This document shows positions 13,051-25,691 of a DNA stretch of 64,000 nucleotides, piece by piece. A model generated the notes under the pieces. It was not told the DNA's origin, made no database searches, and saw nothing but the letters and a program-made list of their open reading frames with translations. This DNA is from Lama glama (lineage: Eukaryota): NCBI GenBank assembly GCA_028534125.1, contig CM052816.1, positions 53,880,001 to 53,944,000 of the forward strand, written 5' to 3'. Within the stretch, counting starts at the first letter, position 1; each line of letters opens with the position of its first letter. The position numbers and the translations under genes were made by a program.

Positions 13051-15959
13051 ATCCCCTGCAGAAACAATACGGGGGTGGAAGGGAGCCTAAGTCACCAACT
13101 GAGATACCGTGCCCCACATGGTGCCTGGAACTCATTCATCATTAAATTATTGACATTATGTAAAAAAATCCAAGTACTGGGCGTTCTCCGTCACAGTCTG
13201 GGAAAGGAGCGGGGCTACATAAGCGCATGAGAAAAATGCAAATGTTTTAGTAAAAAGTATATGATGGACAGCCAACGTGACATGGCTTCGGTTTATCGGT
13301 TTTTCCAAGAGTCTCCCTTCCCCAGTTTTCTCAGCTCTTTAGCTAATATCATTTAAATAGTATCACATAATGACATTCTTAACCATTTCTCTAGGGAGAC
13401 TATTCCACTCACTAATGGATCTCACTGTCAGGGAATTTTTATGGATAATTATTTAGCAACTTTTCTAAATTTCTTCCCACTGGAACGCCATGCATCTTGA
13501 AAATGAACAAACGGGGAAGCACTCGGGTTCACTTGTGACCCTGGAGATTTCACATGGGTGCTGGTGACGTTAGTGGAAGGTGTGTCGCTTGGGTTACCAT
13601 CCTGTGAGTGACATCTGTCAGGCCTCCGACTGCCCAGAGCCTCGGTTTCTTCAGAGAGACGAGTGACTGTTCCTCAGTGTCGCTCTTCCTCTGGCTGGGC
13701 TCTGCTTCGTTCAGTATGACACTGCCCTCCATGCGGCGAGCACCATCCAGTCTCTGGACCTTGGACACCCCAGGCAGAGAGATGCCTTCCCTAAGTACTT
13801 CTCCCTGTCATATGCAAATCCCAGGTACTCCTTGAGATTTTCTGCAGCCATGTTCAGAAATAACCTGATTTCTTTTCCCCTTGCTTTTAAGGGTTTGTGT
13901 CTGCTCTTGTGATGTCCACCCCAGGGACCCCAGCCAAATCCATCAAGGTAGAGTGGAGTTTCCTGAGGCACCAAAGAAACTGGAACCCTAAAAAGCCTTT
14001 TACAGAAATGTAGTGACTCTTGGGAAATCTTAGCTTACCTATTTTGCCCCAGGAAAATTAGCACTGCATTAACCTACCTCTCCGCTTATACTCACTTTTG
14101 AAAAGGTAGTAGATAGCTCATTTGAAACTGTAACACATATCCCATTTGTATTTACTTTTTATGCCACCAACAAGGCACTTGTATTGAGTTGAATAGGGCT
14201 CCTGGAGAAAATACAATTAATGAATAGTCACAAGGTTCCTAATCTGATCAATGCTGGGTGATAGGACATTTAATCTGATTGTCTGTGACCACAATTGCAC
14301 AGAACTTGTGGCAGCAAAGAGGACCACGTTGGCTGGTGGAGCATTTGTAGACTGTTAATTACTTGGGGGGCGGAGAGCGCTGTGATGTAAACAGATGCGG
14401 GGAGGAGAGAGGGTGTCTAATGGGAAGAAAGGCGCCTGCTGGGGGGACAGAATTCTGGGAGGTACTCCTGTGCTAGGATGCTGTACACAGCCCCGTATCC
14501 AAGAGGGAAATGAAAACCAAAAATATTCTTCATAAACTCTATCTCTCATTCCAGGTGGGCATGTGGACCACAGAAAGGAAGCCACAGGCAGAGAGAGAGT
14601 CGCACCGTTAAAAAAGACCAGGAGTATGGCCGGAAGGAGGGCTCCTTCTCCCTGCCAAAGGCGCTGGCCGAGAGGGTGGTCCACCCTGTTGGCCAAACCT
14701 ATGACGATTAGCAGTGCACATCTCCACCTAAAGACACAGAGACCCTTCCGCTGGCCAGGGATTAAAACATGCCAAATGCTAAGCACTGCCCAGACCAGCC
14801 TTGCAATGTCAGGGGTGGAGGCAGCAGTAGCAGAAAAGGCCACAGACCTTCCTCAGCTTCTTCCACCATAACCCCTGAGGGTCAGGCCGCCTAGGGGCAG
14901 GCAACAAACCTGCAGGCCAGCTAGCAGAGCGAGCTGCCCTGCCCTTCGCCTCTCAGAGCCGGAGGACACTCTCCTGTCCCCTGCTGGGCTCCGTGGGAAC
15001 AAACGTCTGTGTGGAGCCCAGCAGATGCCTCAGCGTTCTCACAGAACACTGCTTCCACGTCCCAGTCGAGTCGTGAGCAGAGCAGGGATTCCTAACGTCT
15101 CCTCCTCCCGTTCCTCTGCCACCTCTCTCCTTGCAACATGCACTAAACACCTGCAGCCAGAAGTGCCACGAGGAGGGCACAAGGGCCCTGACGTCAGGGG
15201 CTCACATCTGGGCGGGAGGGTGACACAAAAACAGGCACTTATCCAGAGGCCGCCCAGAAGGTGGTAAGCTGTGTGTGCGGACTTTTTTGAAGTCATCAGC
15301 ACCAAGGCCTTCCATGATGGGGCTCGACGGGGCCTTTTTCAGAGCTGTTCCAGGGCCCCTGTGAAGCCCAGCTGACCTGCAGGACTGTGCCCTCGGACTG
15401 TGGCGCACTATATGCTTGAACCCTTCACAGCGCCGCAGCTACATTTTGATCAATGTTGCAGCAAAGTGCACAAACCATCAGGCCAATATCTGACAGATCG
15501 ATGGAAGCCCAGATTCCAGGCCAACGATGAGGTCAGTGGGAGGCCCCAGAAGGGAGTTGCTCAGTGCCTGTTTGGGGCTCAGTCTCTGCTTCTGTACCGC
15601 CTGCCGTGGCCTCCCCCGCCTTAAACTGGTGCCAGACACAGGGGAAGTGGCGAGGACTCCCAGGAAGGCCCAGGACAACGACCAGAAGGGAGAAAGCTAT
15701 CTTCTCAGCAGCCCAGTGGCTGCTTTGTTGGCTCTGCCAGGATGCCCCATTCTCAGCTAATGAACAGCTTAAGTGTGCGGATGAGGAGAAAAGCAGAGAA
15801 CGGAAGCCCTGATCGTCAAACAATATCAGCGGTACAGCAGCTTGCCTGAGTGGAAGAAACAGCTCAGCCTAAAGGGCCTTTCAAATGCCTAGTTTTGTTC
15901 TGAAGTTGCCTGCTTGCTTGTCTTTTCTTTTCTTTCTTTTTTTTTTAATTCCTTTTAAA

Positions 15960-16780
15960 ACCATTACAATCAAGCGTTTATTAAAATATTGAGGCCAGGG
16001 GAAGTACTTGGGTGACCTATTCAAGCCCAAAAGCCTCCAAAGAAGGAAGATGGGCCTGTGACGGTCTAATTGATTTTCTTCTAGAATAAAATTAAAAGCA
16101 AGGCAGAGTAGCAAACAGCGCTCACCTTTATTGCATGCCTTGGAGCTTCGCAAATAGAGGGCGACGTTTCAGTGCTTGGTTTAGGGTGAGGGAGGAGGGT
16201 TATTATGAGAAAATGAAAAACAATTAGGTTGAGGAGGGAGCGTGGGCGGCGGGGAGCAGCCTGGACCGCAGGGCTGAGCGGAGGACGCCCCGTGGGCCCT
16301 GCCTGGCCTGCGGCGGCGGGGTGGGGGGGTACCAACCTGCTTTCCTTCTGAAAAGTCAGGTCCTCTTGGACTCCCGGCCTCCGCCCACAGGCCCTTGGCC
16401 GAGGTGCTTCCCCTCTGTAGACTGTGAACAAGCCACAGGCCTCTCCCTGCAGTGACTGGGAAATGAGAAGCCATTTCTTCCTCGTTAAGTAGAAGCAGCC
16501 CAGCCCTGGAACGCGGGGCCCCTGCGCCTGCACTACTAATGGAATTTTTAACTGGGCCTAACTGCACCTGAAGGTAATCAGCCCCGGGCCAGTTGTGCAT
16601 TAGGAGTCCCTGTCAGGCTGACAGGAGGGTGGAATGAGATGGTTTGATAACGCTTCTCTCCCAGGGCCCATTTCCGCCGGGGTGGGGAAGAGCCCGAGCG
16701 GGGGGCTTTCTCCAGAGCTCCGCGCCCCCCGCCAGCCGGGCAGCGACCCCATTCCCATCCTGATGCCGGTGCTCTAACCC
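15960..16780. promoter_or_regulatory. TAAT-rich block fused to a CpG-rich patch (candidate enhancer with orphan CpG island)
   Basis: 15960-16230 is AT-rich with CTAATTG, CAATTAG and TTTATT motifs. 16230-16780 is GC/CpG-rich with GC boxes and has no credible ORF. Confidence 0.45.
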
Positions 16781-17689
16781 TCAGGGATTTGGGTTCCTGT
16801 TTTCAGAACTTTGCTTACACATTTCTCCCCCCGGAGACAGAGGGTGCTGAGGTTCGGGGTGTGAAGGCTCTGCCCTGTAAAACCTTCTTCCAACAAGGGT
16901 GTATTTCCAGCAGGAAACAAGTTGTACATTCCAATTTTCAGCGTTCACCCCAACTCTAAAACAGTGCCCAGGCATTGAAAATGCCAGCCAGGTGAAGTGA
17001 AGCCGCTTTCTTCAACTTCACAGGCCGAATCTCAGACAGGGAACATTCAGGAAGCACGAACTACAATTAGAAAACTGACGCAGTTTTAAGGAGGACACTC
17101 TCTGGTCATTTGTGTATCTTTTTCCCTCTCCCTCCTATAATTCCATTTTAGAAGCTTGAAAATAGAATTTTTTTCCCCTTTGCCAATTTTGTGTTTTTCA
17201 GTTTGGCAGATACTGATTCTTCTCTGTGTCCCAAACGGAGGTAAATTTAACTTGTCTGTTTCTTAAACAAAAATAAACAGACAACTTCAATATGTATAGC
17301 CCTGGACCTGCCAGCCACTCTTTGCGGGTGCCAGTGTCACCAGGCAGAGTCAGCTGAGCACCGTGATTAGCGTTTTACAGTTGCTGCAGAGCCAAACGTT
17401 GAGAGAATAACAAATGCTGTTTTGTGTCCCCATTAAAAATTACAGCCGAAGAGATAGAATTTTTTCAGTCATATTGCAGGAAATTTTAAAAGGGAGTCAG
17501 GAGTCTGAGATCTAGATGATTTTCTTCTCAAGTAACTAATTTCAAGATCAAAATTGATGTCTAAAAAGTGTATGCAAGTTAATTTAGTTTTAATTTTTAA
17601 AAGCTTTCTCATCTTAAGTTTTCTCTTATGAGTTCTCTTTAGGTGGACTTTTAAAAAAATCCCAATTCCCAACCTGAAAAATAGTTGTT

Positions 17690-19027
17690 GTTAATAAGTG
17701 AAAAGATAGCCACAGATAAAGGGAAATATTTGCCTCTCATATCTGATAAAGGACTTATATATAGAATCTATAAAGAACTCTGACAACTTAATAATAATAA
17801 CAAAAATAATTTTAATGAGCAAAAAGAATAATTGAAAAATATGCTTCACCAGAGAAGATTAAGCCAAGCAGTTCATGAAAATGTGTTCAACACTATTGAG
17901 TATCAGACAAATGCAAATTAAAACCAAAATAAGATCTCACTAAACAGCCACTAAGATTGCTAAAATTAAAAAGACCATATCACGTGTTGGTGAGGACATA
18001 GAGGAACTAGAACTTTCTCATACCTTGCTAGTCAGAATGCAAAATCATACAGCTACTTTGGAAAATAGCTCAGCAGTTTCTTAAAATGCTAACCATGTAC
18101 TTATCACACAGTCCATCAATTCCACTCCCAGGAATTTACTTAAAAGAAATGAAAATTGGTTCACACAAAGATCTCCAAGCAAATGTTTCTGTTACGGAAA
18201 TGACAGGCCAGCCAAGAAACAAGCACCACTCGGAGGGTTGGAGTACTCAGATTTATTACGCTGACGGGCTCAGAGGGGCTTCTGCTCCGAAGCTCTGAGC
18301 ACCTCCAAGACGTGCACATGAGGTTTTATAGGGTTAATTACAAGTATGGGCTATTAGCCAATAAGGCTCAAACAACAAAAAGCAAGGAATCAGTACACTG
18401 AAGCTTACCAATTCGGAACAGATCATGTTACTGACACTTGTTGAGCTTGGATTTACGAGTTAGCTTGTTAGTGCAGTAAACTGACACTAAACTTAAGATT
18501 TATGAGTTAACCCAGCAGAACTTATATCAGTAAACCGACACTTATCATATTTAGATTTGTGACTTAGCTTGTTAGCCCAGCTGGGCTTTTCCTTCACATT
18601 TCTAGCAGCTTTATTCAGATTGCCCCCAAAGAGAAAACAACCCAAATGTCATTAACTAGTGAATGGATACAAAAATTGTGGTATATCCATTCAATGGAAT
18701 GTGATTCAGCAATAAAAAGGAATGAACTGACACTCAGCAACATGGATGAGTCTCAAAAAAAATCATACAAAGTGAAAGAAGCCAGACACAAAAGACCATA
18801 TACCATATATTCCATTTACATGATTTTCTAGAAAGGGCAAAATTATAGGGACGGCAAACAGATCCCTATAAAGAGGCACAAGGGAACTTTGTGATAGAAA
18901 TGTTCTGTATCTTAGTGGTTACACAACTGTGTACTCTTGTCAAAACTCATCAAACCATATGCTCTAAATGGGTGAATTTTATTCTGTGTAAATTATACCT
19001 CAATAAACCTGACTTTAAAAAAAGAAA
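17690..19027 (+). mobile_element. 5'-truncated old L1 (L1MB/L1MC-like ORF2 end + 3' UTR), interrupted by a solo LTR
   Basis: Typical L1 phrases (CATATCTGATAAAGGACTT, AAATGCAAATTAAAACCA, CAATTCCACTCCCAGGAATTTAC, GAAAGAAGCCAGACACAAAAGA). Ends with AATAAA (19002-19007) and an A-rich tail. Confidence 0.9.
18190..18598 (-). mobile_element. ERV solo LTR (409 bp, probably ERV1/class I) nested in L1
   Basis: TG...CA termini and a perfect 4-bp TSD TTTC (18186-18189 / 18599-18602). Minus-strand TATAAAA (18324-18330) and AATAAA (18252-18257). Removing it restores continuous L1 sequence. Confidence 0.9.
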
Positions 19028-19041
19028 TTGGCAAGACTAGG

Positions 19042-19551
19042 CATGGTAGGCTGACAAATGGCCCCCAAAGATACCCATGTTCTAATCCTTGGAACCTGTG
19101 ATTGTTGCCTTGAATGGTTCAAGAGACTTTGCAGATGTGATTCAGTTAAGGGTTTGAGATGGGGAGATTATCCTGGATTATCCCAGTGGCTCCTAAATGC
19201 AATCACAAGTGTCCTCATAAGAGGGAAGCAGAGGGAGATTTGACATAGGAGAGAAAGCCACATGAAGAGAGAAGCAGAGGACAGCAGAGGCAGAGAAGAT
19301 GTTGAGAATGGAGGAAGGGGCCACGAGCCAAGGGAAGGGAGGAATGCAGCTTGAGCAGCTAGAAAAGGCAAGGAATAGGTTTTCCCTTAGAATAAAACCC
19401 TGCTGATAACTCAGGGTTTTATTCTAAGCTTTAGTCCAGTGAAACTGGTTTTGAACTTGTAACCACCAGTATGGTAAGAGAATAAATTTGTCTTATTTTA
19501 AGCCACTAAATTTGTGATCATTTGTTACAGCAGCCAATTAAAGCTAATACA
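19042..19551 (+). mobile_element. MaLR solo LTR, MLT1D-like
   Basis: Starts ..TGGTAGGCTGACAAATGGCCCCCAAAGAT, contains GACTTTGCAGATGTGATT..GATTATCCTGGATTATCC and ends GCTAATACA. Perfect 5-bp TSD CTAGG (19037-19041 / 19552-19556). Confidence 0.9.
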
Positions 19552-19629
19552 CTAGGGAACAAATCAAAACCAGAACACAGATTGCAAGAGATCATCTTGC
19601 TCTCATTTAATGAGAGAACTGCTGGCTTA

Positions 19630-19830
19630 GATCAGCATCCTTAGACTTCAGTGTGAGTAAGAACCATCTGAGACACTTTTTTAAAATGAGTGTTCCCCCG
19701 CCATTTCACCTCACCCTCCCCTCCCCATTTCTGCCAACCTGATTCAGCTGGGAAGGTGGGGCTTGGGCCACAACATCCAGGTCTAATGCTGATGTCCTGA
19801 GTGCCCCAAGCTTCAAGAAACCCTGGTCTA
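19630..19830. mobile_element. MER5-like hAT DNA transposon remnant
   Basis: Degenerate MER5 phrases (AGAACCATCTGAG..TTAAAATG, CTGATTCAG, AAGAAACCCTGGTCTAG). Confidence 0.45.
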
Positions 19831-20819
19831 GACAGAGCATTGCCGATTTCCTACATCAAAATTCAGTATGAGGACTTCTTCTTTCTAGGTAGAACGCCTT
19901 ATTCCATGTCTGGCATGTAGCAGGTACCTAGCAAATGTATTTATTTATCTGTTTGACAACTCCATAAACTCACAACTCTCCAATGGCCTCTATGTTTGCT
20001 GAGAAAATTCCACATTCTGTGATCCTTGCTATAATCCTACTCTTAATCTGGTTTTACGAAAAGCCATTGGTATAGGAGCCTATCTTGGCCAAGTATGTCA
20101 ATCATTTTACTTTATAAATCCCACGGCTTCATTTACTGTTTTTGGATTTCAGAAACACCGACAGCAGACAGGCTTTCCAAATCATAAAAGGGAGGCCAGG
20201 CGAAACAATTGTCAAAATGTAAACACACCACACACACACACTCACACACACACAAACACACACTGATGGAAATGGTGCCTTTTTGTTCTTTGTTTCTATA
20301 TTCTATCTATGAAGTTCAGAGCCCATCTAGAGAAAACGCTGGCATTTGGCAACCCCAGTGGACAGCCATGAACCTCCCTCTTTGGCATCCCTCTGTCCAC
20401 AGATGCCACTTCTCTCTGCCCAACTGAAACTCCATGCTGGTAAGAGGAGGGGCTCATATAACCTGGAACAAGGCCCGCATCCCCCTTGGGGCATGGCAGG
20501 GTCAGCTCTCACTGCAGAAGATGAGTACAGACCAACCAGAGGAAGCCTCCATATTAGTGATGAGTTCACCGCACTTGACTCTCAGGCCGACGTAACGAGT
20601 GAGTCAGCAATATGAAATCCGTAGAGCTTTCACCCCTCTCTGGTTGCTCCCAGCGGATGATAGCTAAGAGAAGCCTGTAAATGTCTAGGCACTACTGTGA
20701 TTCATTTAACTTATTTAGTGAAGCTGACAGTTTGCAGAGTTTGAAACTCATCCAGTGACAACTCAAGCTCTATCAGCTAACAACAGAAAAGAAAAAAGTG
20801 AGAGAGAGAAAAGAGGTAC

Positions 20820-21950
20820 TTTTCAGGCCAGAATTACCAAACAGTTCCATTTATATAGAGGCTAATTTATGTTTCCATGAGAATCTGCCAGGCCACTCTA
20901 GCAGTTTCAGCAATGCACTGTGCTACCCACGTTTATCAAATATTTAAACATCCCATTTTTATTGAGCCATAATGTCTGCTGAATATGTAAGCAAAAGAAG
21001 AAGGAAGAGTATTCTTTTTTCACGGCAAGAATACAGTGGCAACTCTTTGTTCATCACATGCTCCCATCTGTACAATAAAGTCACATTTGGAGTCTCATAT
21101 TTGCTAGAAAAAAATAAATCATTCTGTCTTCCATAAATACATTTTATCTAAGTCCAGATCAATTGATTGATCTATCACAACATTAATTGATCAGCATAGC
21201 ATCTGTCCATCCACTTATTCTTCTGAGAGAAAAGCAGATGATATATAATTAGTTCCATAATGAAATAACACTTTCCCTCCAATTAGTATAGCCTTGAATG
21301 TGAGAGGAAGGTTCTATTTCTTGGAGGCAAGTACATATTTATTATTTGATTGTACCAGCTCTAACAAATCAGTTTAGGGACCCAGCGTCTCCTGTTTAAA
21401 GCAAGTATCATTGGTCAGAAATATCCATTCTTAGTGTGGCGCCTATGAGATAGCCTGTAAACTCCCATTGCAAAAGACTGCAGTGCCAGTAAACTAAACC
21501 AATACCCAAACCACCTCACTCATTATGATGGACAGTAATCAGCGAACTAATAAAACGATTGGAGCTGAAATCGTATTTTGCATTCACAGCGGCAGTGGAA
21601 TAACGAATAAGCCGTAGAGATGCATGTACATATTCATTCTCCCTCTCTCCGCCACACACAGACTTCGCTTTCTCGCATTCTAGCTGTGTGAGAGTCAACA
21701 CAATGTTTGATGCATTGAAACACAGTGGCAAATCATGTTTGACGAAGGAGATGGCTTCTGCTATTAGTGCTTTCCATTCACTGGGGATGAGCAGATGGTT
21801 TGTGAGGGTCTCTCTCTAAGAAGGCAGAATCATAATTCCAAGTCCAGAGGTCAGGAATTTATTTTCATGGTGTCAAACGCATATTTTAAAGATGTAATGT
21901 ATATTCTGGTATCTCCTGGCTCACCGGGTAGGTGTGCTGCTTGTGACAGG
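20820..21950. promoter_or_regulatory. Candidate conserved non-coding enhancer block
   Basis: Repeat-free and AT-rich, with the inverted repeat AGATCAAT-TG-ATTGATCT (21156-21173) and CATTAATTG (21181-21189). The AT-rich core at 21515-21760 retains unusually many CpGs. Confidence 0.5.
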
Positions 21951-24900
21951 AATAACTGAGGTTTTATGACATGGAGTTTGGGTCAAGAATGAAAAGTTTT
22001 GAAGATTTACATTTTTCTCCAGCATTGACCTTTTGGCTTTATTCCTTAATTAAGCAAAGACATGGCAGCGAAAGGGAGTATTATAGGCCTGCTGTATCCC
22101 CAGGGCGTTATGAGATACCAGACACAGTTAAGCTATCTCAAGACAACCATGTTCTCTGGAGTTACTTTATTGCTATTATAAAAAATCTTTATTATGGGAA
22201 AAAATATGTATTTTTATGCCAGGAGACGATGAAGATGACAGTTAGGCTGTTGAATGGTAGTTTCAGTTGAGCTTCGTGCCCACAGAGATTGTAAAACACC
22301 CAAGACTAGGGGAGGCCTCCTGATAGAATCTTAAGAAACCTAAAGGGGTATATTAATCTTTGTGAAATTCATAGTTGGAACAGGCTACCATTAACTGGCA
22401 CTTTCTAGTTATCAAGATATTTTATGAAACTGAAAAAAGTCCTATTACACTTGCTAACAGGGCCAACTTTGGGGGTGTGGCTAATGAAACCATCTCTTTC
22501 CAGATCGTCTAGATGGTAAGAACCTTGAGATCCTGGATCCCCAAAGATGCCTGCTGCTTTTGTTATGTGCTGTTTAGCCTGGAACATCTGCTGATGCTTC
22601 TGTGTGGGTTGGCTTTCCTTTATCAGGGAAAAGAAAACCGTGAGTTCAAGGGCTGCTCTTTTTTTTTTCCATTGAAAATCTGGCACTTTTTAACTTGATT
22701 CTTACTGTTTTTAAAGCAAGTAAACTGCCCTCCCCCCTCTGAAAAAAATCACCTTCACTTAAAGTACTTACACCTCCTTCCATCAGTGTTCACCAACATA
22801 AAGCTCCCTTTTTAAAAATGGTATTCTTTAAGCCTTTCATTGCAAGGTTCCTTTGCTTCCAGGAAAAGTTGCTATACTTGCTTATTTAGTACCTTTGTGT
22901 TTATTATTTATATTTCATTCCCACTGATTCCAGGGGACTGGGAGCTGGCTCTAGCACTTACCTTCTCCTGGCTTTTACTGACAGATTTTTTTACTGACAG
23001 GAGCTGACCTCTTCAAGGAATTTTCATGTCCTCTGTGTATCTGAAGCCAAGGAAGATATAATAGAATTATTTCCCTTCTTCCCGGGGAAGGGAGAGGTGC
23101 GTTGGGTTTCCTCATCCACCCTTTCTGTTCTGAACGGGGGAAATGGGTCACCACTATCCATCCAGCTAGCAGAGGCAAGGGATTGTTACCATCTTCTGGC
23201 TTGGAGAAAGAGCCATGGTCTCACCTGGTGCATCCCAGGTCAGAGGAAGCCAAGGCCCCAGGTTCAAAAGGAAAGGTTCCCAGAACCGGCTCTTTGGAAG
23301 GCAGGGCCATTGTTTCTTTGTTCATCAAGCACCAGCTTTATAGCTGCCCTACAGCTGATGAGTTACAGAGCAACACCCTCAGGTCTTGGGCTAAACATTT
23401 TGCCACCCTCATGAGAAATAAATTCCATCTAAAAGCAAAACCCAGAACCAAACCCCCCCACAAACAAACAAAAAAACCTGTGTTTCTGTGTAAAGAAAGA
23501 CTGAGGCTAGTTGCTTGTTAAGAGTTATTGTATCATCACATTGCCCAATAGATTCCACGTGAGGACGTCTGTGGCTTTGCAGTTGCTGCAGTCAGCCATC
23601 TAAGAATCGGGCACTCCAAGCTGCTTTCAGCCCATCCTATCTCCCAGCTACCCCTCAGGAGCCCTACAGGTCAAACCTCACTGCACCCATTAGTGTGCAT
23701 GTAGAATCTTTCAGCCCTAGGTTACAGCTCAGTTTTTAGCTTTTCTTTTTTTTAATTCAGTACAACAAAACTGCATTTTAGGGATTTGGAATAGTCCTTG
23801 GGTCATAATGGGGTTTCACTAGTTGACCCAACAAGTTATTTGTGCACAGCCTGTTTGGGGTATTGCTCGGTGAAGGGGCAGTGGGGGAGCTACAAGAGGA
23901 CACACAATACTTGCTTCTCTCAGGAACATCATGGTGTTGGTCAAAGAGGAGCACATTTCTTTTTCCCTCTGACCCTACAAAATAGAAAGCTGAGTTTGTC
24001 ATTTGGTGCTATGTTTGGGAACCAGCAAGAGAAATTCCAGCTGAACTCAGAGAAAGATAGAGCTAGAGGCAACTTGGGTGAGGAGGCAAGGAACAGACTT
24101 GTGAATTAGAGAGATTCTTATGACCAGTTTTATGCTCTGCAGCCATGGATATTCACATTCCTTAATGCAGAAAGCTTTTGCTGGGTTTCAGTTTCCTAGT
24201 GAGAATGTCACTTTCGTTTTCTGTTTCGTGATATTCTTACTTTGGATAGTCTGTTTCATGGTGTAAGTTTGCTGGATCCATCCTTAGGAAAGATGCTCAC
24301 ATTATGTAGATCATAATCAAACCCTTCCATATACAGGTCCTTGTTTCCTCCCAGACACCAAGTGGCATCCAGTTGGTCCTATGAGCCACTCCAAATGTGT
24401 CGATCTCTCCTTCTGTTACGAAAGCAAGTAATCTCAGGAGACTGATGTCACTGAATGTCCCCAAAGTATAGCTGTGAAGTACATAGATTCAAAATTTCAC
24501 GATTTCATTTTATCAATTTTCAGAGCTTATTGAGTTACTTGTGTTTCTTCTCTTCCAAAATGCTGTGTGCTCTTCCTGCGTTGCTCTTTTATTTGGAAGA
24601 TCCCCATGCCGGCCACCCAGGAGTCAGGGGAAAAGCCTTCACATAATGAACCAGTGTGAGCAATGTAGGAAAAAATGTGGTGCAAAGCTGACAGAAAACA
24701 AGCTATAGTTTTCCTACTTCTAAAGGATTATATCAAACAGGTTTAAAATAATGGAAAGTATCTGGTCTCTCTGCATGTGGTAGCAGAAAGGTGACTGCCA
24801 CCAATAAGACAATGTTATGCGGACTGGGTATATTGTAAAACACTTGAAATGTTATGTACATAACAAAGTTAGGATACTTGGCCCTTAGGAACAAAATGGA

Positions 24901-25642
24901 CCAAAGCAACTTATAAACTGGCATTGTGATTCAAAGTTTGAGTGGAAATAGCCAAGAAACCATAAGGCAAGCACATAGCCCAAGTATTACTTCTTGTGAT
25001 TATCAGCTTTTTCTAATTTTTAAAAAGAATGCTGCTGAGAGGATGTAGAAAGTAGAATTTGAGCAAGGTAGGTGATGATTAGCATCTGCCAAGGGAACTA
25101 TTGGGCAACTGATCACTCAGTAAGAAGTACCCAAAGACAGAATTAGAACATTATTAGAAAGAAATACATGGTTGATATCACACAGACACCATCAAATCCA
25201 CTTCCCAACCTTTTGCCCGATTAATAGAAATTCCAAAGAACTTAGTTCAGATCAAATTGTTGACTTGGGTGTCCCAGCTGAATCCCACTGTAGATAATGC
25301 TATTTCACCTAATTAAGGCTCTTCAGCAGAGAAGAAATTACAGTCCCTTGCACTTGGCAGTGTTTGTTAATGAAGAACTTCTGAGTCTTCCAAATTTATC
25401 TGGCCATGAGGAGTTCAAGAAATATTCTCCCTTCCACCAGCAAATTGTTCATCTTGTAGATAGTAAGTGCTAAAGGTTTTTTGTTGTTTTCTTTTTTTAA
25501 AAGATTTTCCCTGAATGTCCAGAACTTCAAGATATATCCATTTTGCATGAAAAGTATGTCTGAGTTATAGCATACTTAGATGGTAGGATTCCAACTGACT
25601 TCTGATCCAGAGGCACTGTTTTTATTGTTGTTCTTCAGTTGG

Positions 25643-25644
<2 letters not shown>

Positions 25645-25688
<44 letters not shown>
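25645..25688. repeat. (AC)22 microsatellite
   Basis: 44 bp of perfect AC repeat. Confidence 0.98.

Positions 25689-25691
<3 letters not shown>

Noticed and set aside
18428..18575. Three spaced repeats superficially like a CRISPR array
   Set aside because: Degenerate units inside a retroviral LTR U3 in mammalian DNA; no constant repeat/unique spacer structure and no cas genes.
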